Notes: generated by a model from the letters alone, not told the origin. A stretch of 32,000 nt of DNA from Candidatus Kuenenia stuttgartensis (GCF_900232105.1 NZ_LT934425.1:870001-902000), one strand, 5' to 3'; positions 18,760 to 28,202 are shown, counted from the stretch's first letter. Numbers and translations: made by a program.

Positions 18760-19386
18760 CTAGTAAGTATCCGCAATAATTTCCGTGGGATTTTCTTCCA
18801 GGAAATAGGACAACTTAACATTAAGAGACGCCGATAATTTATCAAGCGTATTAAGAGATGCAGCGATTTGACCGTTTTCAATCTGTGATAATAAGCTTGG
18901 AGACAGACCTGTCCGGTTTGCTAATTGCTTTTGGGTGATCTTTTTACTTTTCCTCAAAAACTTAAGCTTTTTCCCGACATCGCTCTTCAGTTTATCCTTC
19001 GAATTTTTGATAAGACAGTACGTCTTTTGTGCATTATGTAAAGCCTTTCTCAAGTCATTTAAGTCGAATGGTTTTTTTAAGTAATCAAATGCATCGAGTT
19101 TCATCGTTTCAACTGCCGTCTTAAAAGAGGGATAACCGGTCAATATAATAACACAAATATTCTGGAACCTTGATTTTATCTCTTTAAGCAACTCGGTACC
19201 GCTTATTTGCGGCATTTTTAAATCCAAAATGACGATGTTAAATCTGTCTTGTTCCAGGACGTTTATGGCCTCTGAAGGCATTGTAATGCCTTTGGCGGTG
19301 TAACCCTCTTCGCTTAAAAATTTGGTTAAATATAAATTATAGTCAACATCATCATCTACAACCAATACCTTTACGCCTTTATCCAT
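18760..19386 (-). CDS. Response regulator: REC domain with C-terminal XRE (Cro/C1) HTH
   Basis: VLVVDDDVDYN, VILDLKMPQISG, LKKPFDLNDL (REC), then VGKKLKFLRKSKKITQKQLANRTGLSPSLLSQIENGQIAASLNTLDKLSASLNV (XRE HTH). Confidence 0.9.
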   Translation of the reverse strand: MDKGVKVLVVDDDVDYNLYLTKFLSEEGYTAKGITMPSEAINVLEQDRFNIVILDLKMPQISGTELLKEIKSRFQNICVIILTGYPSFKTAVETMKLDAFDYLKKPFDLNDLRKALHNAQKTYCLIKNSKDKLKSDVGKKLKFLRKSKKITQKQLANRTGLSPSLLSQIENGQIAASLNTLDKLSASLNVKLSYFLEENPTEIIADTY

Positions 19387-21754
19387 CGTATGTCACCTTT
19401 TCAAAGTTTGTGGGTAAATTAATTTCAAATTTTGCGCCTTTTCCCACGTCGCTTTTCACATGAATAGCGCCATTATGCCTTTTTATAATGCCATAAGTAA
19501 TGGACAACCCCAGCCCGGTCCCTTTCCCTACTTCTTTGTCCGTAAAAAACGGGTCAAAGACTCTTGAAAGCTGGTTTTCCGGAATACCTTTACCGGTATC
19601 CTCAAAAGTAATAGTAATGGTATTTTTATTTTTAATGCCCGTTGTTATGGAGATGGTATCGCCGGAATCCGTTGCATCATCCGCATTAATCAGCAGGTTC
19701 ATTATAACCTGTTGTAATTGCTCCGCAAATCCTTTAATTTTCGGTAGCCGGGAAGATAATTTCAAAATAATTTTCTTATTTTTTTTCGTGAACGGTTCTA
19801 TAATAAGAGCGACGGTGTCCTTTATAATTTTATTAATATTGGCAGGCCTTGGTTGTTCGTTTCCTTCAAAATGCGATAATTCCAGCAGGGAATTAACAAT
19901 CCTTTCTATCCTTTTAGCCACCTTTTGCATCGTTTTAAATTCTTTTATTGTTTCATTGCTAAATCCCTTTTTTCTTTCAAGAAAGCCTTGTGTCATACCC
20001 GAAATGATTGCAAGGGGGGTATTGATTTCGTGGGCGACGCCTGCCGCAAGCCTTCCGATGGATATCAATCTATCCGAATGTATTAACTGCTGCTGTAATT
20101 TTTTTTGCCGTTCTTCTTCCCGTTTTTTTTCCGTTATATCCTGAATCAGTTCCAGCACCTGAACAACATTTCCCTCCTTATCGAAAATCGGAGAACTGAT
20201 CACATTGCAAAATTTCTTTTTATTATGGTTATAAACCATGCGCTCTGTCTGGTTAATTTTTGCCGTTTTAAATACTTTAAACGAAGGGCACTCAACAGGG
20301 TCTTCCTCAAAATTGCAAAAGGTATCAAAACAGGTATGATTTACTATATTTTTGCCGAGGGGATGATTATTGATTAATCGTTTGTTTGCCCAGCGAATTT
20401 TTTTGTCTTTGCCGATAACGAGGAGGTCTGCCCCGATTTGACTTACAATATCATCCAGTTTCTCCTTTTCCCTTTTCAATTCCAGCTCCAGGTTCTTCCT
20501 TTCGGTTATATCCCGAAAATGTGCCAACATATAGATAATATCATTTCTTTCTCTAACGGCAATAATATCCAGTTCCATTACCAATATCTGCTTATTTTTG
20601 CTGATTACCTCAATTTCAGTTGTCGGCGCCTTCTTATTGACTGCCATCGATAGCAGTGAGATAACCGTTCTTTTTGATGGTATGGTCAGGAAATCAAAGA
20701 CATACTTATTTACAAGCTCTTCCATCTGATATCCGATAATTTCTTCCTCGCGCCTGTTCACCGTAAGTATCTTTCCATTCAAATCTACCATCATCATTGA
20801 ATCTGCCGCATAGTTAAACAACATCTTGTATCGTTCTTCCGAGGTTTTAATCCGGCTGAATAAAATAGTGTTTTCAAGTACTATTGCAAGCTGAGGCGCT
20901 ATCTGCCAAAGATAGAAATAGCACTGTTCGTCAAAACTGTTGAGCTCCTTGGCGCCAAATGTGATTGCCCCAAGCACTTTTCCCTTAAGTATCAGGGGAA
21001 AACCCAGCCGTGAAAGTATTCCTTCGTTATGCAATACCTTATCAGTCCAGAAATGCCCGGTGCTCGTATCATTCACTATGATGGGCTTGCCGGTTTGAAT
21101 AATTTTTTCCAAAAGGCTGCCACCCATGGGAAATGATTCCCCTGCATTAATTTCACTAAAATCATACTTTTTTGCCAGCGCAAACACCTGAAACCATTGA
21201 CCTTGTTCATTTGAAATAATTAAGCAGGCGCGAACAAATGGAATAATCTTTTTCAGTTCGCTGCATACCATTGAAAAACTCTCACGAATGTCAATGCTGG
21301 TAGCAATCGATTTGTTTATATTATTGATAATCTCTTTATCGAATAGCGTCTTTTTCAGATTCCATTCCAACTGTTGTTTGTAAAGCGCATTCTCAACCGT
21401 CTTTTTCAGGTAATCGGCGTCAAAAGGTTTCAAAATATAGTCAACCGTGTCCATGCATAGTTCTTTGATTACCTTACCAACCTTTGCCCGATCAACCATA
21501 ACGATAACATTTGTATCCGGCAAGGCATTCTTCGTACTTTTTACTGACAAAAACTCATGTTCATCGCACAGACAGAGGTCGAACAAAACCAAATCAATGT
21601 TATATTTCTTTATTAAGAGAACAACATCCTTGCCGTGACATGCCATGTAAATAAGATATCCGCATTTTAAGAGCATTTCTTTGAGTGAATTACCTGCCGG
21701 ATATTCGTCATCATTATCGTTGACAACGATAAGAATTTTTCGGACTTTTTCCAT
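19379..21754 (-). CDS. Multidomain sensor histidine kinase (REC-GAF-PAS-PAS-HisKA-HATPase)
   Basis: 791 aa; N-terminal REC-like domain, GAF-like middle, PAS domains, H-box LAAGVAHEINTPLAII, N/G boxes VIMNLLINADDAT, FEDTGKGIPE, GKGTGLGLSITYGII; 8-bp overlap with the response regulator gene. Confidence 0.9.
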   Translation of the reverse strand: MEKVRKILIVVNDNDDEYPAGNSLKEMLLKCGYLIYMACHGKDVVLLIKKYNIDLVLFDLCLCDEHEFLSVKSTKNALPDTNVIVMVDRAKVGKVIKELCMDTVDYILKPFDADYLKKTVENALYKQQLEWNLKKTLFDKEIINNINKSIATSIDIRESFSMVCSELKKIIPFVRACLIISNEQGQWFQVFALAKKYDFSEINAGESFPMGGSLLEKIIQTGKPIIVNDTSTGHFWTDKVLHNEGILSRLGFPLILKGKVLGAITFGAKELNSFDEQCYFYLWQIAPQLAIVLENTILFSRIKTSEERYKMLFNYAADSMMMVDLNGKILTVNRREEEIIGYQMEELVNKYVFDFLTIPSKRTVISLLSMAVNKKAPTTEIEVISKNKQILVMELDIIAVRERNDIIYMLAHFRDITERKNLELELKREKEKLDDIVSQIGADLLVIGKDKKIRWANKRLINNHPLGKNIVNHTCFDTFCNFEEDPVECPSFKVFKTAKINQTERMVYNHNKKKFCNVISSPIFDKEGNVVQVLELIQDITEKKREEERQKKLQQQLIHSDRLISIGRLAAGVAHEINTPLAIISGMTQGFLERKKGFSNETIKEFKTMQKVAKRIERIVNSLLELSHFEGNEQPRPANINKIIKDTVALIIEPFTKKNKKIILKLSSRLPKIKGFAEQLQQVIMNLLINADDATDSGDTISITTGIKNKNTITITFEDTGKGIPENQLSRVFDPFFTDKEVGKGTGLGLSITYGIIKRHNGAIHVKSDVGKGAKFEINLPTNFEKVTYDG

Positions 21755-21880
21755 AGAAAACGCAACTGACTAATATCTTGTAAATACTTTCATAATAAAA
21801 ATTTATTAACGTCGCTCATCTTAATATCATAAAAAATCTATGTCAAGAATAAAGAATCCCACCGCGCGCCGGAGATTAAT

Positions 21881-22137
21881 TATAGTCAAACAAATAGTAA
21901 CACTTCCGTTTTAGAAAAACGTAAGAGCGAGAGACGAGGGACGAAAGACGAGAGACGAAAGACGAGAGACGAAAGACGAGAGACTAAGGACGAGAGACGA
22001 GGGACGAAGGAGGTCTATCATCCGTCGTCCCTACACTATGCGCCAAACTTTTTCAAAAAACTAAAGTGTTACAATAAATCTGTTTTTAGAAAGCTATTTT
22101 ATTGCCAAATTTCTAAAATCGTATTTGTTTGGCTATA
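21881..22137. repeat. MITE-like dispersed element, copy B
   Basis: Same ends (TATAGTCAAACAAATA at 21881-21896; TATTTGTTTGGCTATA at 22122-22137) and same right-hand internal segment AATAAATCTGTTTTTAGAAAGCTATTTTATTGCCAAATTTCTAAAATC. Confidence 0.6.
21931..22007. repeat. Heptanucleotide tandem repeat, consensus RRGACGA, 11 units
   Basis: Read directly: GAGACGA GGGACGA AAGACGA GAGACGA AAGACGA GAGACGA AAGACGA GAGACTA AGGACGA GAGACGA GGGACGA; 10 of 11 units fit RRGACGA. Confidence 0.95.
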
Positions 22138-22236
22138 TTTAAATATATTGCCGAAAAGGCGCCATTTTCCATGAACTTTCCTCTCTTTTATTTTGTTTAC
22201 AAAGGATATGCTTGTCCAATCTTGCTTCTAAAACAA

Positions 22237-22265
22237 TTGACAAGCCCTGCATTCTTATGTAATAT
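22237..22265 (+). promoter_or_regulatory. Candidate sigma70-type promoter for the exported protein gene
   Basis: TTGACA (22237-22242), 17-nt spacer, TAATAT (22260-22265). Confidence 0.6.
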
Positions 22266-22315
22266 TTTCGGATTATAATTTAATTGTGGATTTTATCAGC
22301 AAAAGGAATTTTATC

Positions 22316-22876
22316 ATGAAGGTTAAACTGGGCAGATTAGTTACATTGCGAACAATGTTCCTGTTAGGACTGTTTGTAAGTGTTTTTGTTATTTTTGCGA
22401 CAGAAAAATGCGTTCTGGCACAACATTCAGGCGGTGGTATAATTGATACCTCCAGACAGCCAGGGGAAAAACCGCCCAGCTTCCATCAGTCCTTTGCCCC
22501 ATATAGCGGTACCGTTCCAATACCATGGATGGACGAAAAACCAAATGCTGTCTCCATTAAAGTAACTGATATTATCACTTATGAAATTCCCGTGGACGAA
22601 AAAAAGATTACGGGAAATAAATTATCCTTTAATGATCTTGAATTAAAAGAGGTTAAAAATAGTTCCGAAATAAATTTTCACCAGGTAGATTGTCATTTTT
22701 TTAAAGTGATAAAGCAAACGCAAGTGCGAAAGGCAGAAGGGTTGATTTGTGTAAGAGAGCGGGAAGGCACACAATATTGGTTATCTGACGATAAAAAATA
22801 TATCGAATGGGGAAAGTGGTCAAACTGGAAACGGAAAAAACCGGGTGAAGTCGAGGCTGAGATAACAGAGGATTAA
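22316..22876 (+). CDS. Hypothetical exported protein
   Basis: MKVKLGRLVTLRTMFLLGLFVSVFVIFATEKCVLAQ looks like a signal peptide; remainder soluble and of no recognised family. The track ORF opens at 22286. Confidence 0.6.
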   Translation: MKVKLGRLVTLRTMFLLGLFVSVFVIFATEKCVLAQHSGGGIIDTSRQPGEKPPSFHQSFAPYSGTVPIPWMDEKPNAVSIKVTDIITYEIPVDEKKITGNKLSFNDLELKEVKNSSEINFHQVDCHFFKVIKQTQVRKAEGLICVREREGTQYWLSDDKKYIEWGKWSNWKRKKPGEVEAEITED

Positions 22877-23009
22877 ATTAACCGCAGATTTTGAAGAATC
22901 ATGCATGCCTTTAAATAAATAATGGTATACAGCTATATTACATACAACATTAGTTTTCTATACACCTCAAAATAACATTTCAATTGTAGCGAATATCTAT
23001 CATTTCTGA

Positions 23010-24539
23010 ATGGGGGTCTTTTCTTTGAAATCTTTTTATCTGGCAACGTTTTCTGTTATCCTCAACTTATTTTTATGTAATATTCTTTTCTCTCAAAGCA
23101 CGGATAGGAATAATTTAGAAAATACGCCAATAACAGAAGAAAATACGTCTAAAAACAGGATGTGTCCTGAATGCAGCAGAATATATCCCGGAGACGTAAG
23201 CTTTTGCAGTATTGATGGCAAACAGCTTATCGAGTATACCGCGGCAGATCTTATATGCCCGACATGCAAAGAAAAGGCAGCGCCAGGAGAAAAATTCTGC
23301 AAAAAAGATGGCATGCCTTTGATTGTTCAACCTCTTACAGAGCAGAAGGACCCCGAAGGAAACATTGTTAATCTTACCCCAGCCGAAATAGCACGAAAGA
23401 TACAAACCCACATAGAAGAAGGAAACCGGTTTAAAAATGAAGAAAAATATACCGATGCGCTAAATGAATTTAAACAGGCGGTATTTTTACATCCGGATAA
23501 TATAGGAATACACTTTAACCTCGGTGGTATTTACTGGAAATTAGAAAATCAAAAATTGGCATTGTTTCACATGGATACATGCAGAGACTTATTAGAAATG
23601 CTGCCTGAAGAGAAAAAAAATCAGGAAAATTATCAAAAGATAAGTCAGGATATATATCTCTATATATATAAGCTGGAAAAAGGGCTTTTGCCTGAGGAAA
23701 AACAGAAGCGCGAAGCGCTAGTTTTGGAAAAAAGAAACAAAAAAATGAGCGCAGCGCTGGAGAAAAACCGTGACAAATGGAGTGAAATGGTTTTAATTCC
23801 CGCAGGAAAATTTGTTATGGGGTCAGGTGGTGAAGAATTTATTCCCGAGGAATCACCAATACACGAAGTATATTTAGATGCATATTATATCGATAAATAT
23901 GAAGTCACAAACGCATTATACTGGGAATTCGTACGATATATAAAAGAAACGGGAGACCACAGCAAATGCCACCCGGAAGAGCCAAAAGATAAAAACCATG
24001 TGCCAGGTACTGTGCATACAAACTGGGACTATCCCTATTATGATTATCCCGGTTATCCCGTATCCCGTGTTGACTGGTATGATGCGTATGCGTACGCTGC
24101 CTGGGCGGGGAAGAGACTTCCCACGGAAGCAGAGTGGGAGAAAGCCGCAAGAGGAACTGACGGGCGCAGATACCCATGGGGGAATGTTTGGGATGCAACA
24201 TTGGCAAATGTAGGGCCTAGTGGATCCCTGATTGTAGGTAGTTATGATATTGGAAAAAGTATTTACGGATGCTATGACGTTATTGGCAGCCTCTCAGAAT
24301 GGTGCAATGATTGGTACCATGCCGAATATTACCACAAAAGTCCAAGTATGAATCCAAAAGGCCCTGATTACAGCACAGGGGTGAGAATTATCAAAGGTGC
24401 TTCCCTCTTTGCCCCCTACGCCTATAAAATGAGATGTGCTGTCAGAATGTTTGGTAAGCCGGAAGACAGGAATAAGAGCATTGGGTTTCGTTGCGCAAAA
24501 GACTATGTTCCTGAAGACGAAGAAAACAAGGCAAAATAG
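23010..24539 (+). CDS. Exported zinc-ribbon / TPR / FGE-sulfatase (SUMF1)-like domain protein
   Basis: N-terminal hydrophobic signal; two ribbon motifs (CPECSRIYPGDVSFCSIDG, CPTCKEKAAPGEKFCKKDG); TPR-like region; VLIPAGKFVMGSGGEEF, YYIDKYEVTNALYWEF, RLPTEAEWEKAARG, SIGFRCAKD. Confidence 0.88.
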   Translation: MGVFSLKSFYLATFSVILNLFLCNILFSQSTDRNNLENTPITEENTSKNRMCPECSRIYPGDVSFCSIDGKQLIEYTAADLICPTCKEKAAPGEKFCKKDGMPLIVQPLTEQKDPEGNIVNLTPAEIARKIQTHIEEGNRFKNEEKYTDALNEFKQAVFLHPDNIGIHFNLGGIYWKLENQKLALFHMDTCRDLLEMLPEEKKNQENYQKISQDIYLYIYKLEKGLLPEEKQKREALVLEKRNKKMSAALEKNRDKWSEMVLIPAGKFVMGSGGEEFIPEESPIHEVYLDAYYIDKYEVTNALYWEFVRYIKETGDHSKCHPEEPKDKNHVPGTVHTNWDYPYYDYPGYPVSRVDWYDAYAYAAWAGKRLPTEAEWEKAARGTDGRRYPWGNVWDATLANVGPSGSLIVGSYDIGKSIYGCYDVIGSLSEWCNDWYHAEYYHKSPSMNPKGPDYSTGVRIIKGASLFAPYAYKMRCAVRMFGKPEDRNKSIGFRCAKDYVPEDEENKAK

Positions 24540-24651
24540 CCACAGAAAAGATTTTTGCAATATAGTTTCAGTCCCTTCCATTAAATCCACACATAAGAAT
24601 TTATCCCCAACCTCTCTCGCCAGATGGGGAAATGCAAAAAGTTCCTATTGT

Positions 24652-24735
24652 GAGGGTATTTAGGGGCGGGATAATTATTACAGATTTTTCGGCAACACGT
24701 TTTAATCAAAAATAAATACACGCCCCTTATACCTC
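24652..24735. repeat. Imperfect inverted repeat upstream of murJ
   Basis: GAGGGTATTTAGGGGCG (24652-24668) versus CGCCCCTTATACCTC (24721-24735), near-complementary. Confidence 0.45.
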
Positions 24736-24747
24736 CATCAATTTTCC

Positions 24748-26367
24748 ATGTCAGACATAAAAAAATTAATTTATTCCGTAAAAACCATAAGCAGTTGCAC
24801 TTTTTTAAGCCGCATACTGGGGCTTGGAAGGGATATTATCTGTGCCAGTATTTTTGGAACAGGCCTCGTATGGGACGCCTTTACCGTCGCCTTTAAAATT
24901 CCCAATCTCTTTAGGCGTTTATTTGGAGAGGGCGCCCTTAGCGCTGCTTTTATACCGGTATTCACCGAACATATAGAAAAGCACGGAGAACGGGAGGCCT
25001 GGAAATTTGCAAATATTGTCATAACGTTACTCATTATCATCTTAGGGGGGATTGTATTCATAGGTGAAGGATCTTTTTTTGTGGTTCCAAAACTATTCAA
25101 CATTCATGAAAAATGGCAGTTAATTTTTAAATTACTAATAATCTTGTTTCCTTATGTTTTTTTTATTTGCATTGTCGCTTTTATGGGAGCAATATTAAAC
25201 ACGGTTCGCCATTTTTTCATCCCCGCATTTGCCCCCATGATTCTTAATATATGCTGGATAAGCGGGGCATTTGTATCCTTTTATACGGGGAATGTGACCG
25301 AGAAAATGGTCTTTACAGTGGCAATTGCCATCCTTTTTTCGGGCATTATCCAGATGTATGTCCATCTGCCCTTTCTCAGGCAGAAAGGTTTTAATTACCG
25401 TCCATCATTCCAATTTACACACCCAGGCTTAAAATCGGTTTTTACACGAATGGCCCCCATCGTCTTCGGGTTGGCAATCGTACAGCTTAATGTTTTACTT
25501 GACAGTATAATTGCCGTTGGATTTGCCTCAACTAGTGATGGGCAGGGCTCTTTTGCTTTTGCCGGAATGAACATACCGTTTCCCCTGAAAGTCGGGGCAG
25601 CATCCGTGCTGTATTACAGCGACAGATTAATCCAGTTTCCTTTGGGAGTTTTCGGCGTTGCCATGGCTACCGCAGTCTTTCCTTTTTTTTCCACATATGC
25701 GGCAAGAGAAGACTGGGAAAACTTTTCAAGAACCTTCAACAAAGCTTTAAAATTCATTCTCTTTATGGGTATTCCTGCATCGATTGGTATTATCATGCTC
25801 CGGGAACCTATTGTGAGCCTGCTTTATAAAAGAAACCAATTTGACGCCGAATCGGCATTAAGAACATCTCGCGTCATCTTGTTTTATGCTATCGGCATAT
25901 GGGCGTATTGTGGTCTACATGTACTGATCAGGGCATTTTATTCTCTCAAAGATACGGTTACTCCCGTCAAAATCGGTACATTGTGTGTCGGCTTAAACCT
26001 GGTGTTGAATATTTCGCTCATCTGGACTTTACAAGAAGGGGGTCTGGCCCTTTCCACTTCAATTAGCGCCATAATACAAATAATTATATTAACCCTGATA
26101 TTGCAAAAAAAACTAAGTATAAAAATACAAAAAGAAGTTTTTGTCTCTCTTGTAAAAACGATAATCATCTCAGTTGCGATGGGGTTTGTATGCTTTTTTA
26201 CGCTAAAAATGCTTCCTTATTCAGAGGAAAACACCTCGCTTTACTTTAAGGGAATACGGCTTTTCATTCCAATGTTGACCGCGAGCGCTACTTTTGCTGT
26301 CGCTTCTTTCTTAATCAAATCAGAAGATTTCAGAAATCTCATTAAAGGAGTATTGAAAAAGCCATAA
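24748..26367 (+). CDS. murJ: Lipid II flippase MurJ (MviN family)
   Basis: 539-aa polytopic protein; SRILGLGRDIICASIFGTG...DAFTVAFKIPNLFRRLFGEGALSAAFIPVF is the MviN hallmark. Confidence 0.95.
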   Translation: MSDIKKLIYSVKTISSCTFLSRILGLGRDIICASIFGTGLVWDAFTVAFKIPNLFRRLFGEGALSAAFIPVFTEHIEKHGEREAWKFANIVITLLIIILGGIVFIGEGSFFVVPKLFNIHEKWQLIFKLLIILFPYVFFICIVAFMGAILNTVRHFFIPAFAPMILNICWISGAFVSFYTGNVTEKMVFTVAIAILFSGIIQMYVHLPFLRQKGFNYRPSFQFTHPGLKSVFTRMAPIVFGLAIVQLNVLLDSIIAVGFASTSDGQGSFAFAGMNIPFPLKVGAASVLYYSDRLIQFPLGVFGVAMATAVFPFFSTYAAREDWENFSRTFNKALKFILFMGIPASIGIIMLREPIVSLLYKRNQFDAESALRTSRVILFYAIGIWAYCGLHVLIRAFYSLKDTVTPVKIGTLCVGLNLVLNISLIWTLQEGGLALSTSISAIIQIIILTLILQKKLSIKIQKEVFVSLVKTIIISVAMGFVCFFTLKMLPYSEENTSLYFKGIRLFIPMLTASATFAVASFLIKSEDFRNLIKGVLKKP

Positions 26368-26460
26368 CAGTACTTTTATCATAATATTTACCGATTATGC
26401 AGTTTCAATCTCGTTTCCAGTCTCCAGCCTGGAAACGAACGTTTTTATTTTTTCAAAAAA

Positions 26461-27573
26461 TTGGGTATGAATAAATTACAGTTAACTTCAATTACCGAAT
26501 TAGATTTATCTGAATCGGTGGAACTTTGCCGCTCATTGGGAGAGCCTTCTTACAGGGGGAAGCAAATTCTTTCATGGATGTATAAAAAAGGCGCAACGGA
26601 TTTTAATCAAATGTCCGATATTCCCCTGCCGTTTCGAGAAAAGCTTGAAGAAGCACACAATGTTTTTCAAACCAAAATACACACAATAAACACCTCGCAA
26701 GACGGTACAGAAAAATTTCTGATCCATTTGCCGGACAACAACTTAATTGAATGTGTGCTTTTAAGAGACGGTAAGAGGAGGACGGCATGTGTTTCAACGC
26801 AGGTTGGTTGTGCTATGGGGTGTAGTTTTTGTGCAAGTGGTGTATTAGGACTTACCAGAAACCTTAAAACCGGGGAAATAATCGAACAAGTTCTACATAT
26901 CAAAAACCACCTCCCCGCAAATGAACACATTACCAATATTGTCTTTATGGGAATCGGAGAGCCACTGGCCAATTATGATAAGGTGGTCAAGTCTCTCAGA
27001 ATTATGAATGCTGATTGGGGTCTGGCGATAGGTGCCAGAAATATCACTATTTCAACCGTTGGCCTGATAGAAGGAATCAGAAGATTGGCAAAGGAAGGGC
27101 TCAAAGTAAATCTTGCTATTTCTCTTCATGCATCGAATGATAATACAAGAAATAAACTCGTCCCATCAAACAGTAAAACAGGGATTAAAAACATCCTGGG
27201 TGCTGCGCAGGAATACTTTAATGCTACCCATAGAGATATTAGTTTTGAATATACCATGATTGACGGCATTAATGATTCAAAACAGGATGCCAAATTACTT
27301 GCACAAATATTAAAAGGAGTTCAGTGCAACGTTAATATTCTTCCTGTAAATCCAATAAAGGAAGGCAATTTTGCCCCCCCGGTACAAAAAACAGTGGAAA
27401 CATTCTGCACCGTGCTAAAAAATCATGGCATCGTCGCCACGGTTCGTCAAAGAAGAGGAATTAACGTAAATGCTGCATGTGGACAACTTAGGCTACAAAT
27501 TCAAAAGCATTGTCATGGAGAAAAGATATTACATACACCACCGTCATTGTTTCTCCCCGCAAATTATAAATAA
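26461..27573 (+). CDS. rlmN: 23S rRNA/tRNA adenine-C2 methyltransferase RlmN (radical SAM)
   Basis: GEPSYRGKQILSWMYKKG, TACVSTQVGCAMGCSFCASG, NIVFMGIGEPLANYD, TVRQRRGINVNAACGQL. Confidence 0.95.
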   Translation: MGMNKLQLTSITELDLSESVELCRSLGEPSYRGKQILSWMYKKGATDFNQMSDIPLPFREKLEEAHNVFQTKIHTINTSQDGTEKFLIHLPDNNLIECVLLRDGKRRTACVSTQVGCAMGCSFCASGVLGLTRNLKTGEIIEQVLHIKNHLPANEHITNIVFMGIGEPLANYDKVVKSLRIMNADWGLAIGARNITISTVGLIEGIRRLAKEGLKVNLAISLHASNDNTRNKLVPSNSKTGIKNILGAAQEYFNATHRDISFEYTMIDGINDSKQDAKLLAQILKGVQCNVNILPVNPIKEGNFAPPVQKTVETFCTVLKNHGIVATVRQRRGINVNAACGQLRLQIQKHCHGEKILHTPPSLFLPANYK

Positions 27574-27719
27574 AAGTGTGAAAGATACGGATATCGTGTT
27601 TTTCTTTGCGGCAAAGACATATCAAACAGATACATTTTCCTCTTCAAAGTTAAAAAAAAAGATTGTTGTATTTTATCTAATAACATGATAATTATTATGA
27701 ATGAATTTAAGAGAGATAC

Positions 27720-27793
27720 TAACCCCTGCGTTTGCCCCATGCTAATGATTTACAACAACCATCTTACAGAAAAGGGGCAAAAATTGGGGGTTA
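27720..27793. repeat. Imperfect inverted repeat downstream of rlmN
   Basis: TAACCCCTGCGTTTGCCCC (27720-27738) and GGGGCAAAAATTGGGGGTTA (27774-27793) pair imperfectly with a 35-nt loop. Confidence 0.6.
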
Positions 27794-28005
27794 ATCAACA
27801 GATTTATTTACTGACGTAGAAATATTTCTTGTAAATAAAAAGTATTATAAGAACATCATTTTCTGGCAAAATAAAAGGGATGCAAACTTTTACAAAAAAA
27901 AGAGCATCATTAGGAAGGAGGTGGGGGGGAAACTTGATATTTCTTTATTTAAGGAATTTTTAATACTTTTAATCACATTATTTTGTTTTTTCAAGGAGGT
28001 TTTTT

Positions 28006-28191
28006 ATGCATGCAAAAGTAGATGCAGATACTTGTACAGGATGTGAACTTTGCGTACAAACATGTCCTGAAATTTTTTATATGAACGGTGATCTCGCCGA
28101 AGCGAAGGATATTGAAGTGCCTTCTGAGTATGAAGATACCTGTAGACAGGCAGCGGAAGAATGTCCCGTAGAGGCCATCAGCCTCGATTAG
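28006..28191 (+). CDS. Ferredoxin
   Basis: 61 aa; VDADTCTGCELCVQTCPEIF and a C-terminal CPVEAI cysteine. Confidence 0.93.
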   Translation: MHAKVDADTCTGCELCVQTCPEIFYMNGDLAEAKDIEVPSEYEDTCRQAAEECPVEAISLD

Positions 28192-28202
28192 TTTCTAAAC
28201 AA

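Noticed and set aside
21931-22007. Possible CRISPR array
   Set aside because: Units are 7 bp and contiguous with no spacers, and no cas genes are nearby. It is a simple tandem heptad repeat.
27470-27688. 72-aa ORF overlapping the end of rlmN
   Set aside because: Out-of-frame continuation over rlmN coding sequence; no motifs and no independent start context.
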